Below, in pieces: positions 1-8,775 of a DNA stretch of 23,455 nucleotides (positions within the stretch are counted from its first letter, which is position 1; the number at the start of each line of letters is the position of its first letter). This DNA is from an uncultured virus (IMG/VR IMGVR_UViG_3300015609_000147) (Duplodnaviria; Heunggongvirae; Uroviricota; Caudoviricetes). The stretch lies in the IMG/VR virus record IMGVR_UViG_3300015609_000147. One strand, given 5' to 3'. The translations under genes were made by a program, and so were the position numbers. Under the pieces are notes generated by a model. That model ran no database searches and was not told the origin of the DNA. It worked only from the letters and a program-made list of their open reading frames with translations.

Positions 1-602
1 ATGCCGATATCGCGCACATGGCCCATGTCGTGCGGGCCAGCATCCCGTTGCACGTCCATTTCTACCGGGTGTTCTACCGCTTCGATTTGCGCGCCCTGCG
101 CTGGGATCGCGCGCCCAAACTCGATGGTGCCCTGTGGGACAACGACAGCGGCACGCCCGTCGACGTGGGCGAGGGCGAGCCGCCCGTCATCGGAAGCCAA
201 GGCCGCATCAACCAGTCCCAGGCCCAGGCGCCCCGGCTAACCCCGCTGCGCAGCGCCGACCACCAGCACACCAGCGGCCGCATGCGCCGCGCCGATGAGA
301 TGCGCCTGGACGTTTGGCGCTGGGACGGCCGCCTGCAGCGCCTGGCCACGGGCGGGCAGCTGCAGCTGACGCCCAGCGATGCACCGCCGCGCGCCCAGCA
401 CCCGCCATGGAGCAACCACGGCGAGGCCTGGGCCGCCAGCGCGGGCACGCGGCCCGGCCTGTGGCCTGGCGTCGCCAACGCCTGGACGGCCGGGGCCTGC
501 CAGCCGCGCATGGCGCCGGCCCGGGGCTGGACCGGCCGCTGGGATGGCGACCGCTGGCAGCAATCCAACATCCACAGCAAGACCACCGAATCAACGGAGT
601 AA
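1..602 (+). CDS. Phage tail protein I-like baseplate protein, 5'-partial
   Basis: The frame of ORF 18..602 is open back to the window edge (GCC GAT ATC GCG CAC ATG). Contains an 'RVFYRFDLR...LDGALWDNDSG' segment and sits upstream of the DUF4815-like gene. Stop TAA 600-602. Confidence 0.6.
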   Translation, partial: ADIAHMAHVVRASIPLHVHFYRVFYRFDLRALRWDRAPKLDGALWDNDSGTPVDVGEGEPPVIGSQGRINQSQAQAPRLTPLRSADHQHTSGRMRRADEMRLDVWRWDGRLQRLATGGQLQLTPSDAPPRAQHPPWSNHGEAWAASAGTRPGLWPGVANAWTAGACQPRMAPARGWTGRWDGDRWQQSNIHSKTTESTE

Positions 603-605
603 GAC

Positions 606-1094
606 ATGCAGACACTGCAAGACGCTGGCCGCATCGCGCTGGCCAAGGCCCTGGCCGCCATGGGCGCGCACATCGCATGGGGCCGTGGCGATGGCGCGTG
701 GACCGCCCCGCCGGCCAACCCTTCCGACCGCACCGCGCTGCAGGACGAAATCGGCCGCCGCGCCGTGGTGGACGTGGGCTATGCCGTTCCCGGCACCGCC
801 CAGGACCACGATATCGAGATGCCAGGCCAGGTCTACTACAAGACCAGCGCCCAGCCCACGCCCTTTCTGCTGCTGCGCACCACCTTTGCTTTCGCGGATG
901 CCCAGGGCGAAACCGTGCGCGAGTGCGGCGTGTTCTTCGGCACCATGGCCAAGGCGGACGTACCGCCAGGCCAGCGCTACCTCACGCCGGCCGAGGTCGA
1001 GAACCCCGGGACCGTGTACTGCCTGGAGTTGCGCCCGCCCGTGCTGCGCAGCGGCACGACCAAGGCCACCGAAGAAATCGTGATCCCCCTGTGA
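606..1094 (+). CDS. Baseplate/tail-associated structural protein (162 aa)
   Basis: GGAG RBS at 596-599. The 'GRIALAKAL...AWGRGDGAW' N-terminus and 'GETVRECGVF' resemble tail-collar-like proteins that precede DUF4815 genes. Confidence 0.7.
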   Translation: MQTLQDAGRIALAKALAAMGAHIAWGRGDGAWTAPPANPSDRTALQDEIGRRAVVDVGYAVPGTAQDHDIEMPGQVYYKTSAQPTPFLLLRTTFAFADAQGETVRECGVFFGTMAKADVPPGQRYLTPAEVENPGTVYCLELRPPVLRSGTTKATEEIVIPL

Positions 1095-1112
1095 TCCCCG
1101 TGTGAGCCGCCC

Positions 1113-3272
1113 ATGACCAGCTACAACCGACACGACCCCGCCAAGGGCTATATCGCCCATGTGTTCCACGCCGACCGCGTGGCGCAATCGGCCGAGCCCA
1201 ATGAAATGCAGTCCGAGGCGCGCTACCAGTTGCGCCGCGTGGCCGATGCCCTGTTCGCCGATGGCGAAATCACCACGGGCGCGCGCTGCACCGTGGATGC
1301 CGAAACCGGCGCCTGCCAGCTGGAAGCCGGCAGCATCTACCTGGCCGGCGGCGTGCGCGACGTGCCGGCCGCGCAGCTGCAAATCTCCGTGCAGGGCACC
1401 GTCACCGTGGGCGTGCACTACAGCACGCGCGTGGTCACGGCCGAGGAAGACCCCAGCCTCTACAACCCTGCCCAGGGCACCAGCGGCTACGGCGAGCCCG
1501 GCGCCGACCGGCTCAAGCTCACCGTGGCATGGGGCCTGCAGGGCCAGGGCGCGGGCGATTTCTACCCCGTGTGGACCATCGAAGACGGCATCGTCAAGCC
1601 GCGCGACGCGGGCCTGCAGGCCAATGCCGTGGCCGAGGCCATCAAACGCTATGACGTGGACAGCGCGGGCGGCACCTATGCTGTGCGCGGCCTCAAGGCC
1701 CTGCAGCTGGACGATGACAGCGAGGGCCGCCAGGTCTACGCCATCGGCGCGGGCGCGGCGCGCGTGGGCGGCGCGGCCGTGGAAGTGCCCGCCGACCGGC
1801 GCCTGGTGTTCACGGCCCAGGCCGACATGGCCGCCATCAGCAGCGAGCCCCACAGCAGCAGCACCGATGCCCTGCAGCATGTGAGCTTTGACCGCTGGCC
1901 CGTGCTGGAGCCCGCCCAGGTGCGCATCCAGCGGCGCCGCACCGACCCCGTGGTGCACGGCAGCTTCGTGGGTGCGGCCGATCCGCTGCCGGTCAATAGC
2001 GTGGTGCAGATCAACAGCATCACGCAGGGCGGCACTACCTACCAGAAAGACATTGACTACAAGCTCACGGCCGGCCAGATCGACTGGAGCCCGGCCGGCG
2101 CCGAGCCCACGCCGGGCAGCACCTACACCGCCACTTACGAATACATCAGCACCGAGGGCGTACAGAACCAGACCACCCGCGGCTTTGACGTTGCGGGCGC
2201 CCTGCCTGGAACGCTGATCCTTGTGGACTACCGCCACGCGCTGCGCCGCATTGACCGCATCGTCATCAACGCCGATGGCGGCCTGGACGTCGTGAAGGGC
2301 ATGCCCGCCACCTGGCAACCCGTGGCGCCCGATGTGCCCGAGGGCCTGCTGGCCCTGGCCAGCATCTACCAGACCTGGGAGCCGGACACCCGCCGCACCG
2401 ATGGCGACGGCGTGCGAACCGTCTCCATGCCCACCCTCGTGGGCTACAGGCGGCGCATGGATGAGATGGAGATGGACCTGGCCGAGCTGCGGCTGGCCCT
2501 CGATATCAATGGCCGCTACAGCGGACTGAAAAAAGGCTACTTCGCCGACCCCATGATCGACAACAGCATGCGCGACCAGGGCATGCCGCAGACGGCCATG
2601 ATCGCGCAGCGCGCGCTGCGGCTGTACGAGGCCGAGGACGCCCACACCCTGGGCGACGGCAAGACAAGCCAGGGCCTGGACTACACCCTGGCCAAGGCCA
2701 TCAGCCAGCCGGGATACAGCCGCGCCATGGTCATCAACGGAACGCCCACCCCCGGCGCCCTGCCCGCCACCATCACCCTGACGCCCGACCGCGACCGCTG
2801 GGAGCACCCCAAGGAACTGGCCTATCCGGTATGGGTCACGGGTGCCTATATCGGCATCCCCATGGAGCAGACCGGCACGCTGGCCGAGCAGTACGCCCAG
2901 CAGGTGGACCCGGCGCTGATCGACACCAGCGGCATCACCATGCGCAGCATCGAGGTGCAATTCGGCATCGCCGGATTCAACCCGGACGAACCGCTCAAGC
3001 TGCTGCAGTTCGACGGCCAGACCGTGGTGCCCAGTCCCCTGGCGGGCGGCACCCTGGTGGCCAACGCGGCCGGCGTGCTGGCGGGGCGCTTCACGATTCC
3101 GGCCGGCATCCCCGTGGGCGCCAAGGCCGTCAAGGCCACGGGCGACTACGGCAGCAGCGGCACCGCGCAATTCGTCGGCAGCGCGGCCCTGCGCCTGCGC
3201 GTCGATGGCATGTACTCCACTTACTACAACGCCCGGGGCAGCTCTTCGGAAACCATTACCTATGTCGTATAG
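1113..3272 (+). CDS. DUF4815-like virion/tail structural protein, N-terminal part (719 aa)
   Basis: 'YNRHDPAKGY...F..DRVAQSAEPNEMQS', 'GYGEPGADRLK' and 'KKGYFADPMIDNSMRDQG' are typical of DUF4815-type proteins; high GC3 codon usage. Confidence 0.8.
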   Translation: MTSYNRHDPAKGYIAHVFHADRVAQSAEPNEMQSEARYQLRRVADALFADGEITTGARCTVDAETGACQLEAGSIYLAGGVRDVPAAQLQISVQGTVTVGVHYSTRVVTAEEDPSLYNPAQGTSGYGEPGADRLKLTVAWGLQGQGAGDFYPVWTIEDGIVKPRDAGLQANAVAEAIKRYDVDSAGGTYAVRGLKALQLDDDSEGRQVYAIGAGAARVGGAAVEVPADRRLVFTAQADMAAISSEPHSSSTDALQHVSFDRWPVLEPAQVRIQRRRTDPVVHGSFVGAADPLPVNSVVQINSITQGGTTYQKDIDYKLTAGQIDWSPAGAEPTPGSTYTATYEYISTEGVQNQTTRGFDVAGALPGTLILVDYRHALRRIDRIVINADGGLDVVKGMPATWQPVAPDVPEGLLALASIYQTWEPDTRRTDGDGVRTVSMPTLVGYRRRMDEMEMDLAELRLALDINGRYSGLKKGYFADPMIDNSMRDQGMPQTAMIAQRALRLYEAEDAHTLGDGKTSQGLDYTLAKAISQPGYSRAMVINGTPTPGALPATITLTPDRDRWEHPKELAYPVWVTGAYIGIPMEQTGTLAEQYAQQVDPALIDTSGITMRSIEVQFGIAGFNPDEPLKLLQFDGQTVVPSPLAGGTLVANAAGVLAGRFTIPAGIPVGAKAVKATGDYGSSGTAQFVGSAALRLRVDGMYSTYYNARGSSSETITYVV

Positions 3273-4293
3273 CACCCTCATCCAGATCACCACGCCGCAG
3301 GCGGCGCAGCAATGCGCGGCCCTGGATCTGTACTTTGCGGCAGCGGGCGGCCCCGTCATCGTCACCCTGGGGCCGCTGGACGATGCCGGCCTGCCCGCGC
3401 CGGCCCAGGCCCAGCAGCGCCTGGAGCTGGGCCAGATCAAGACCGATGGCACGGCCACGCGCGTGTTGCTGGCCGCGCCCGTGCTGCTGCAGGCGCGCAC
3501 CAGCTATGCCATCTGCGTCAGTGCCGCAGACACCACCACCGCCCTGGCCGTGGCCCAGGTGGGCGAGGCCGGCGTGGCAGGCGGCTGGATCACCGCGCCC
3601 GCCGCTGACGTGGGGCCGCTGCTGGAGGTCAACGCCTCCGGCATCCTCACGCGCCACAGCAACCGCATGCTGCGCTTTGACCTGCTGGCCGTGCAGTACA
3701 CGTCCAGCACCAAGACCATCACCCTGGGCACCCAGGCCGTGGACCGCGCCACCATGCTGCTGGTCAATGCCGGCGCCCAGCAGCCCGATGCCGGCGCCCG
3801 CATCGGCTACGCCATCGAGCTGCTGGACGGCAGCGGCGCCGTGGCCCGCAGCATCGCCGCGGACTCGGGCCAGCCCGTGCGCCTGGACGCACCCCATAGC
3901 GGGGATGTGACCGTGAAGGCCACCTTGCGCGTCGGTGCCAGCGGCCTGGGCCCCGTGCTGGAGCCCGCGCCAGCCCTGGCCGTGGGCAGTCTGCTGGACA
4001 GCGGCGACTACATCACCCCCGTGATCGCCACCGCTGGCGGCGTGGATCTGCGCGTCATCTTCGAGGGCAATATCCCCCCCGGCGCCGCCGTGGCCGTGCA
4101 TGCGCAAATCACCGGCAGCAGCGCCTGGCAGCTCGTGCCCTATGCATCCAGCAGTCCGCAGACGGCCGGCACCATCGAAGTCACCCACCGCCTGCAGGGC
4201 GTCAACGGCACGGGCCTGCGCCTGCGCCTGACGCTGACGGGCACCAGCACCGCGCGGCCTGAGGTCTACAACCTGCGCGCAGCCATCCTGTAG
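3262..4293 (+). CDS. Virion structural protein resembling the C-terminal part of DUF4815-type proteins (343 aa)
   Basis: ATG 3262 overlaps the upstream gene by 11 nt. 'LIQITT...AALDLYF', 'PVLLQARTSYAI' and 'LRLRLTLTGTSTARPEVYNLRAAIL' resemble the C-terminus of long DUF4815 proteins. Confidence 0.7.
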   Translation: MSYSTLIQITTPQAAQQCAALDLYFAAAGGPVIVTLGPLDDAGLPAPAQAQQRLELGQIKTDGTATRVLLAAPVLLQARTSYAICVSAADTTTALAVAQVGEAGVAGGWITAPAADVGPLLEVNASGILTRHSNRMLRFDLLAVQYTSSTKTITLGTQAVDRATMLLVNAGAQQPDAGARIGYAIELLDGSGAVARSIAADSGQPVRLDAPHSGDVTVKATLRVGASGLGPVLEPAPALAVGSLLDSGDYITPVIATAGGVDLRVIFEGNIPPGAAVAVHAQITGSSAWQLVPYASSSPQTAGTIEVTHRLQGVNGTGLRLRLTLTGTSTARPEVYNLRAAIL

Positions 4294-4301
4294 GGCCTGC
4301 C

Positions 4302-5000
4302 ATGAGCGAAATCACCGAAGACGCCGACCTGCCGCCCGTCGAGGAAGGCACCGAGCACCTGCAGCTGCCGCTGCCGCACCAGGACAACAAACTCGAATTC
4401 GACGTGGTGCGCCTGCGCGCGGCCCTGCGCCTGCTGGACGATGTGGTGCATGACATGGGCCTGAGCATCGACACCAAGGCCGCAAACGTTGCGCTCGAAG
4501 CCCTGCAGCAAGCCACGCAGCAGGGGCTGGACACCGTGGCGCAGCAGGCCGGCCAGAACCTGGCGGAGGCCGTGCGGCAGATCAACCAGAAATTGGCCCA
4601 GCTGGAGCAGGACATTGGCAGCAAATCCGTGCACCTGCAGGCCGTTGCCGAATCCACCAATGCCGACCAGGCCAAAACGGGCGAAACGGCGCTGCGCCGC
4701 CTGCGCCAGGAAACGGCCAACAGTGCGACCAATGGCCAGGCGCTGCGCGCGGGCGTGGAATACACGCTCAACGTGGACGCGGCTTTCAGCCGGCCGCTGC
4801 CGGCCGCGCCGTCCGTGGGCGACCGCATCGAGCTGCGCGACCCCACGGGCAACTGGCGCACCGGCAATTTCACGCTGCTGCGCGGCAACGCGGCGCACAC
4901 CATCAACGGCGTGGCCGACGACGTGAAATTCAACGTGCGCGCGTGGCGCGTGCGCCTGGAATTCGCTGGCAGCAACAACTGGACTTTGACAAGGGGCTGA
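4302..5000 (+). CDS. Putative short tail fibre/adaptor protein (232 aa)
   Basis: N-terminal 'TEHLQLPLPHQDNKLEFDVVRLRAALRLLD' fibre-attachment-like motif, central Q/A-rich coiled coil, C-terminal 'LPAAPSVGDRIELRDPTGNW...TING' fibre module. Confidence 0.65.
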   Translation: MSEITEDADLPPVEEGTEHLQLPLPHQDNKLEFDVVRLRAALRLLDDVVHDMGLSIDTKAANVALEALQQATQQGLDTVAQQAGQNLAEAVRQINQKLAQLEQDIGSKSVHLQAVAESTNADQAKTGETALRRLRQETANSATNGQALRAGVEYTLNVDAAFSRPLPAAPSVGDRIELRDPTGNWRTGNFTLLRGNAAHTINGVADDVKFNVRAWRVRLEFAGSNNWTLTRG

Positions 5001-5004
5001 ATAC

Positions 5005-5787
5005 ATGCGCAATCTGGACGAACTGCTGGGCGACTCGGGCATGCGCCTGATGGTGCGCGCCGAGATGGTGGCCGCCACGGCCAGCTTTACCGTGCTGGAC
5101 GATGGCTGGGCCATCCTCACCGGCATGGGTGGCGGCGCAGGCGGTAGCCGCTCGGCCGCGCCCGGCAATTCCGCGCCCTGGGGCGTCAAGATGGTGGCCG
5201 TGCGCGCGGGCGATGTGATCGACTTCGTGATTGGCGCGGGCGGCGGCGTGGCCGTGGCCGATGGCTCGCCCGCCCCCGCTGGCGGCACCACCCTCGTGCG
5301 CCAAAACGGCGCCACGCTCATGACATGCCAGGGCGGCGACGCAGGCCCGGCCAGCCCCACGGCGCGCAGCCCCGTGGCCGCCACCGTGACCGGCGCCGAC
5401 TTCTGGCTGCGCGGACGCCAGCCCCAGGGCGGCGGCGTTGCCCCGCTGGCCGGCGCCGCCGTGGACCTGGGCGGCAGGACATACAACGTCAGCTCGTCCA
5501 CGGGGGACCATGCCGTGGCCCTGGCCGGGGGTGTCGAAGGACTGCCCCGGGGCGCCTATGTCTGGCCCTGGGATATCACGCTGTTCGGGGGCACCGCTGG
5601 AGACCCCGGGGTGGGCGCCGCCAACAATGCCGCCCTGTCCGGCATGTTCGCGGGTGGCAGCGGCAGCATCGACACATCCACCAAAAGCGCCCCCGGCCGT
5701 GGCGCCTCTGCGGGCCGGGGCGATACCGGCGCCCGCAATGGCGGCGATGGCCTGGGCTACATCCGACTTTTCAAGCGACTGGTGTAA
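5005..5787 (+). CDS. Glycine-rich putative tail fibre/receptor-binding protein (260 aa)
   Basis: GGGAGG, GAGGG and 'GGDGLGYIRL' glycine-rich motifs; lies between the fibre gene and the chaperone-like gene. Confidence 0.6.
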   Translation: MRNLDELLGDSGMRLMVRAEMVAATASFTVLDDGWAILTGMGGGAGGSRSAAPGNSAPWGVKMVAVRAGDVIDFVIGAGGGVAVADGSPAPAGGTTLVRQNGATLMTCQGGDAGPASPTARSPVAATVTGADFWLRGRQPQGGGVAPLAGAAVDLGGRTYNVSSSTGDHAVALAGGVEGLPRGAYVWPWDITLFGGTAGDPGVGAANNAALSGMFAGGSGSIDTSTKSAPGRGASAGRGDTGARNGGDGLGYIRLFKRLV

Positions 5788-5789
5788 GC

Positions 5790-6218
5790 ATGCCGAACAT
5801 CGAAATCCTGACCGCCGCAGGCGCGGTAAACAACACCATCGTGGCCGACGAAGCCACCGCCCAGGACCTGTACCCCGGCCGCTGGCGCCTGGCCGCGCAG
5901 CAGGAGCAGCCCGCGCCACCGCACGAGCAGCATCGCCACATCACCCCGCTGGCTTTTCGCCGCCGCTTCACGGGCGCCGAGCGCGCCGCCATCGAATGGG
6001 CCGCCGTGGACCGCGCCGACGCCAGCAGCGCCGAACGCATGCAGGCCGCGCAGCTGCGCAGCAACCTCAAGGACCAGGAGCTGGCCAGCTTCATCGACTT
6101 GGACGACCCCGACGTGGCGGCCGGCGTGCAGCTGCTGGAAACCTTCGGCCTCATCGCCGACGGTCGCGCGCTGCAGATCACCGACACCCCGCCGCGACCT
6201 GACGAGCTGCCGGGCTGA
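5790..6218 (+). CDS. Putative tail fibre assembly protein (142 aa)
   Basis: ATG 5790 follows the upstream stop after a 2-nt gap. 'ITPLAFRRRFTGAERAAI...FIDLDDPDVAAGVQLLE..GLI..GRA' resembles fibre-associated chaperones. Confidence 0.6.
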   Translation: MPNIEILTAAGAVNNTIVADEATAQDLYPGRWRLAAQQEQPAPPHEQHRHITPLAFRRRFTGAERAAIEWAAVDRADASSAERMQAAQLRSNLKDQELASFIDLDDPDVAAGVQLLETFGLIADGRALQITDTPPRPDELPG

Positions 6219-6239
6219 CGCCCGCCACGCTGCCACCGC

Positions 6240-6278
6240 AGGCCCGCCACCGCAATGCCGTGGCGGGCCTTGTCTTTT
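6240..6278 (+). terminator. Rho-independent terminator after the fibre genes
   Basis: 11-bp stem AGGCCCGCCAC (6240-6250)/GTGGCGGGCCT (6260-6270) followed by TGTCTTTT. Confidence 0.75.
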
Positions 6279-6345
6279 GGGGTAGCACCGCCTCGCACCG
6301 GCCCCATCGCTGGCCGCCTACGCGCGGGCGGGAGAACATGCAGGC
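6279..6345 (+). promoter_or_regulatory. Putative activator (Ogr)-dependent late promoter of the sheath operon
   Basis: Position equivalent to P2 pF, between a terminator and FI. No sigma70 consensus. Only a GGT-N13-ACC dyad (6281-6299) is present, not the canonical TGT-N12-ACA. Confidence 0.3.
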
Positions 6346-6388
6346 AACCACCGCACACCCTACCGACCACCTGCAGGAGCCCATCCAC

Positions 6389-7585
6389 ATGTCACTCGCC
6401 GGCTACCACCACGGCGTGCGCGTCTCGGAAGTCAACACCGGGACCACCACGCTGCGCATCGTCTCCACGGCCGTTATCGGCCTGGTGGCCACCGGCCCCA
6501 CGGCCGACGCCACCAAGTTCCCGATGGACACGCCCGTGCTTTTCACGAACATCGAGAAGGCGCTGGACGCGGCCGGCAACGATGGCACCCTGCCCGCAGC
6601 CCTGAAGGCCATCAAGGACCAGGCCCGGCCCGTGCTCATCATCGTGCGCGTGCCCGTCGGTCAGGGCGCCACGCCCGAAGAAGCCGAGGCCGACCAGACC
6701 AGCCTGGTGATTGGCGAGAACGTGGGCGGCAAGCGTTCGGGCATTCAGGCCCTGCTCACCGCGCAGCAGCAGCTGGGCGTCAAGCCCCGCATCCTGGGCG
6801 CGCCGGGCCTGGACTCCAAGCCCGTGGCCGACGCCATCACCGCCGCGGCCAAACAGCTGCGCGCAATGGCCTACGTGCAGGCCCACGGCGCTGACGATGT
6901 GAGCGAAGCCCTGGGCTATGCGGAGAGTTTCGGCGCCCGCGAAACCATGGTGATCTGGCCCGAGTTCAAAGCGTGGGACACCACCGCCAACGCGGCCACC
7001 AACGTGCCGGCCGTGGCCTATGCGCTGGGCCTGCGCGCCCGCATCGATGTGGAGCAGGGGTGGCACAAGACCCTCTCCAACGTGCCGCTCAACGGCCCCG
7101 TGGGCATCAGCAAGGATGTGCATTTCGACCTGCAAAGCTCGGAGACGGATGCGAACATACTCAATGAGGGCAACGTCACCACCCTGATCAACTCGAACGG
7201 ATTTCGCTTCTGGGGCTCGCGCACCTGCAGCACAGACGAGCTGTTCCGCTTCGAGTCCGCTACGCGCACCGCCCAGGTGCTGGCCGACACCGTGGCCGAA
7301 GGGCATTTCGCCTTCATCGACAAGCCCCTGCACCCCAGCCTGGTGAAAGACATCATCGAAGGCATCAATGCCAAGTTCCGTGAACTCAAGGCCCTGGGCT
7401 ACATCCTCGACGGCAGCGCCTGGTTTGACGCCGAAGTCAACACCACCGAGGCGCTGAAGGCCGGCAAGCTGGTCATTGACTACGACTACACCCCCGTGCC
7501 GCCGCTGGAGGATCTGGGCTTTCGCCAGCGCATCACCGACAAGTATTTCGCCGACTTCGCCATGCGCGTGGGCACCGGCCAGTAA
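6389..7585 (+). CDS. FI: Major tail sheath protein (P2 FI-like, 398 aa)
   Basis: AGGAG RBS 6375-6379; 'YHHGVRVSEVN', 'LGVKPRILGAPGLD', 'GWHKTLSNV', 'GFRFWGSRTC', 'DYDYTPVPPLEDL'. Confidence 0.95.
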   Translation: MSLAGYHHGVRVSEVNTGTTTLRIVSTAVIGLVATGPTADATKFPMDTPVLFTNIEKALDAAGNDGTLPAALKAIKDQARPVLIIVRVPVGQGATPEEAEADQTSLVIGENVGGKRSGIQALLTAQQQLGVKPRILGAPGLDSKPVADAITAAAKQLRAMAYVQAHGADDVSEALGYAESFGARETMVIWPEFKAWDTTANAATNVPAVAYALGLRARIDVEQGWHKTLSNVPLNGPVGISKDVHFDLQSSETDANILNEGNVTTLINSNGFRFWGSRTCSTDELFRFESATRTAQVLADTVAEGHFAFIDKPLHPSLVKDIIEGINAKFRELKALGYILDGSAWFDAEVNTTEALKAGKLVIDYDYTPVPPLEDLGFRQRITDKYFADFAMRVGTGQ

Positions 7586-7618
7586 ACCCGGCCACCGTAC
7601 ACACAGGAGATCCACACC

Positions 7619-8128
7619 ATGGGACTGCCCCGCAAACTCAAGAACTTCGCCACCTTTATCGATGGCGTGAACTACATGGGCGAGATGCCCGAGGTGTCGC
7701 TGCCCAAGCTCACCCGCAAGCTCGAGGAATACCGCGCGGGCGGCATGAGCGGCCCCATTGAGATGGACATGGGCCTCGAAAAAATGGAAGCCGAACTGAA
7801 GACCGGCGGCTACATGAAAGACCTCATGAAGCAATGGGGCGCGGCCAAGCACGACGCCGTGCTGCTGCGCTTCACGGGCGCCCTGCAGACCGATGACAGC
7901 GAGGCCGTGGAGGCCGTCGAAGTCGTCATGCGTGGCCGCCTGACCGAGCGCGACCCCGGCAGCTCCAAGGCCGGCGACAAGGTGGAGCAGACCTACAAGT
8001 ACAGCCTGAGCTACTACAAGGAAGTCCTGGCCGGCGAGACGCTGCTGGAAATCGATCTCGTGAACATGGTCGAAAAAGTCCACGGCGAGGACCGCATGGC
8101 CCAGACCCGCACCGCCCTGGGCATCTGA
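7619..8128 (+). CDS. FII: Major tail tube protein (P2 FII-like, 169 aa)
   Basis: AGGAG RBS; 'MGLPRKLKNF', 'LPKLTRKLEEYRAGGM', 'EIDLVNMVEKV...ALGI'. Confidence 0.95.
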   Translation: MGLPRKLKNFATFIDGVNYMGEMPEVSLPKLTRKLEEYRAGGMSGPIEMDMGLEKMEAELKTGGYMKDLMKQWGAAKHDAVLLRFTGALQTDDSEAVEAVEVVMRGRLTERDPGSSKAGDKVEQTYKYSLSYYKEVLAGETLLEIDLVNMVEKVHGEDRMAQTRTALGI

Positions 8129-8198
8129 CCGCCCCCCACAGAAACACCCCCTTTCCCGCCATCACGCTTGTCTCCGGCCGCCTGGGAAACGGCCCTTC

Positions 8199-8237
8199 GC
8201 GCCGGCCATGGCCACCCCTGTGGCCGGCGCTTTTTTT
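8199..8237 (+). terminator. Terminator/attenuator-like hairpin between the tube and chaperone genes
   Basis: 10-bp stem GCGCCGGCCA (8199-8208)/TGGCCGGCGC (8221-8230) followed by T7. Confidence 0.7.
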
Positions 8238-8263
8238 GACCACAACCCACCACCGAGGCACAC

Positions 8264-8641
8264 ATGGACCCCCAAGCCCAAACCACCACCAGCCCCGCCA
8301 GCGAAGGCGCCACCGCCAAGCCCGCGCAGGCCACCGTCACGCTCGAATCGCCCATCCAGCGCGGCGCCACGCGCATCGAGGTGCTACGCCTGCGCAAGCC
8401 CCTGGCCGGCGCCCTGCGCGGCATCAACCTGGCCGAGCTGCTGAACCTGCGCGCCGAGGCCGTCATGGTCCTGCTGCCGCGTGTCACCGAACCGCCGTTG
8501 ACCAGGCAGGAGGTGGAAAAAATGGACCCCGTGGACCTGGTGGCCTGCGCCTCGGAGGTGACCAATTTTTTGTTGCCGGCCGAGAAGATGGAAGCGGCCA
8601 AGGAAGTGCAGCAGCGGAACATGGAATCCCTGGGCATGTAG
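8264..8641 (+). CDS. E: Tail assembly chaperone (P2 gpE-like, 125 aa)
   Basis: GAGG RBS; 'VTLESPIQRG..RI..LRLRKP.AGALRGINL', 'LPRVTEPPLT', 'DPVDL'. Confidence 0.9.
   Translation: MDPQAQTTTSPASEGATAKPAQATVTLESPIQRGATRIEVLRLRKPLAGALRGINLAELLNLRAEAVMVLLPRVTEPPLTRQEVEKMDPVDLVACASEVTNFLLPAEKMEAAKEVQQRNMESLGM
8554..8572 (+). promoter_or_regulatory. Programmed -1 frameshift signal for E+E'
   Basis: TTTTTTG at 8566-8572, the same sequence as the P2 E/E' slip site, with SD-like GGAGGTG at 8554-8560. The -1 frame is open to 8775. Confidence 0.85.
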
Positions 8642-8649
8642 AGGACGCC

Positions 8650-8775
8650 ATGGCCGACGTGGCCGCCATCTTCCACTGGCGGCCCCAGGACATGGACGGC
8701 CTGAGCCTGCCGGAGCTGATGCACTGGCGCGCCCTGGCCGTGGAGCGGTACCAGGAGATGAACAGGCATGGATAA
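8650..8775 (+). CDS. gpE' extension (C-terminus of the ~170-aa E+E' frameshift product)
   Basis: 'MADVAAIFHWRPQDMDGLSLPELMHWRALAVER' matches the P2 GpE' pattern and lies in the -1 frame relative to E. Confidence 0.85.
   Translation: MADVAAIFHWRPQDMDGLSLPELMHWRALAVERYQEMNRHG

Noticed and set aside
591..3500. 969-aa minus-strand ORF
   Set aside because: Antisense shadow of well-supported plus-strand structural genes; high GC3 suppresses stops in the mirror frame; no recognisable motifs
4302..6218. Invertible tail-fibre cassette driven by the recombinase
   Set aside because: No reverse-oriented alternative fibre segment or flanking inverted repeats seen by eye; a computational inverted-repeat scan would be needed to exclude it fully
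6260..6388. Upstream extension of the sheath ORF to 441 aa
   Set aside because: Overlaps the terminator and promoter region; the RBS and family N-terminus support ATG 6389
6392..8083. 563-aa minus-strand ORF (likewise 11338..12708, 18975..20495, 21641..23341)
   Set aside because: Each mirrors a confidently identified plus-strand gene
8236..8775. 179-aa ORF as an independent gene
   Set aside because: It is the -1 frame of E; only the part after the slippery site is likely translated
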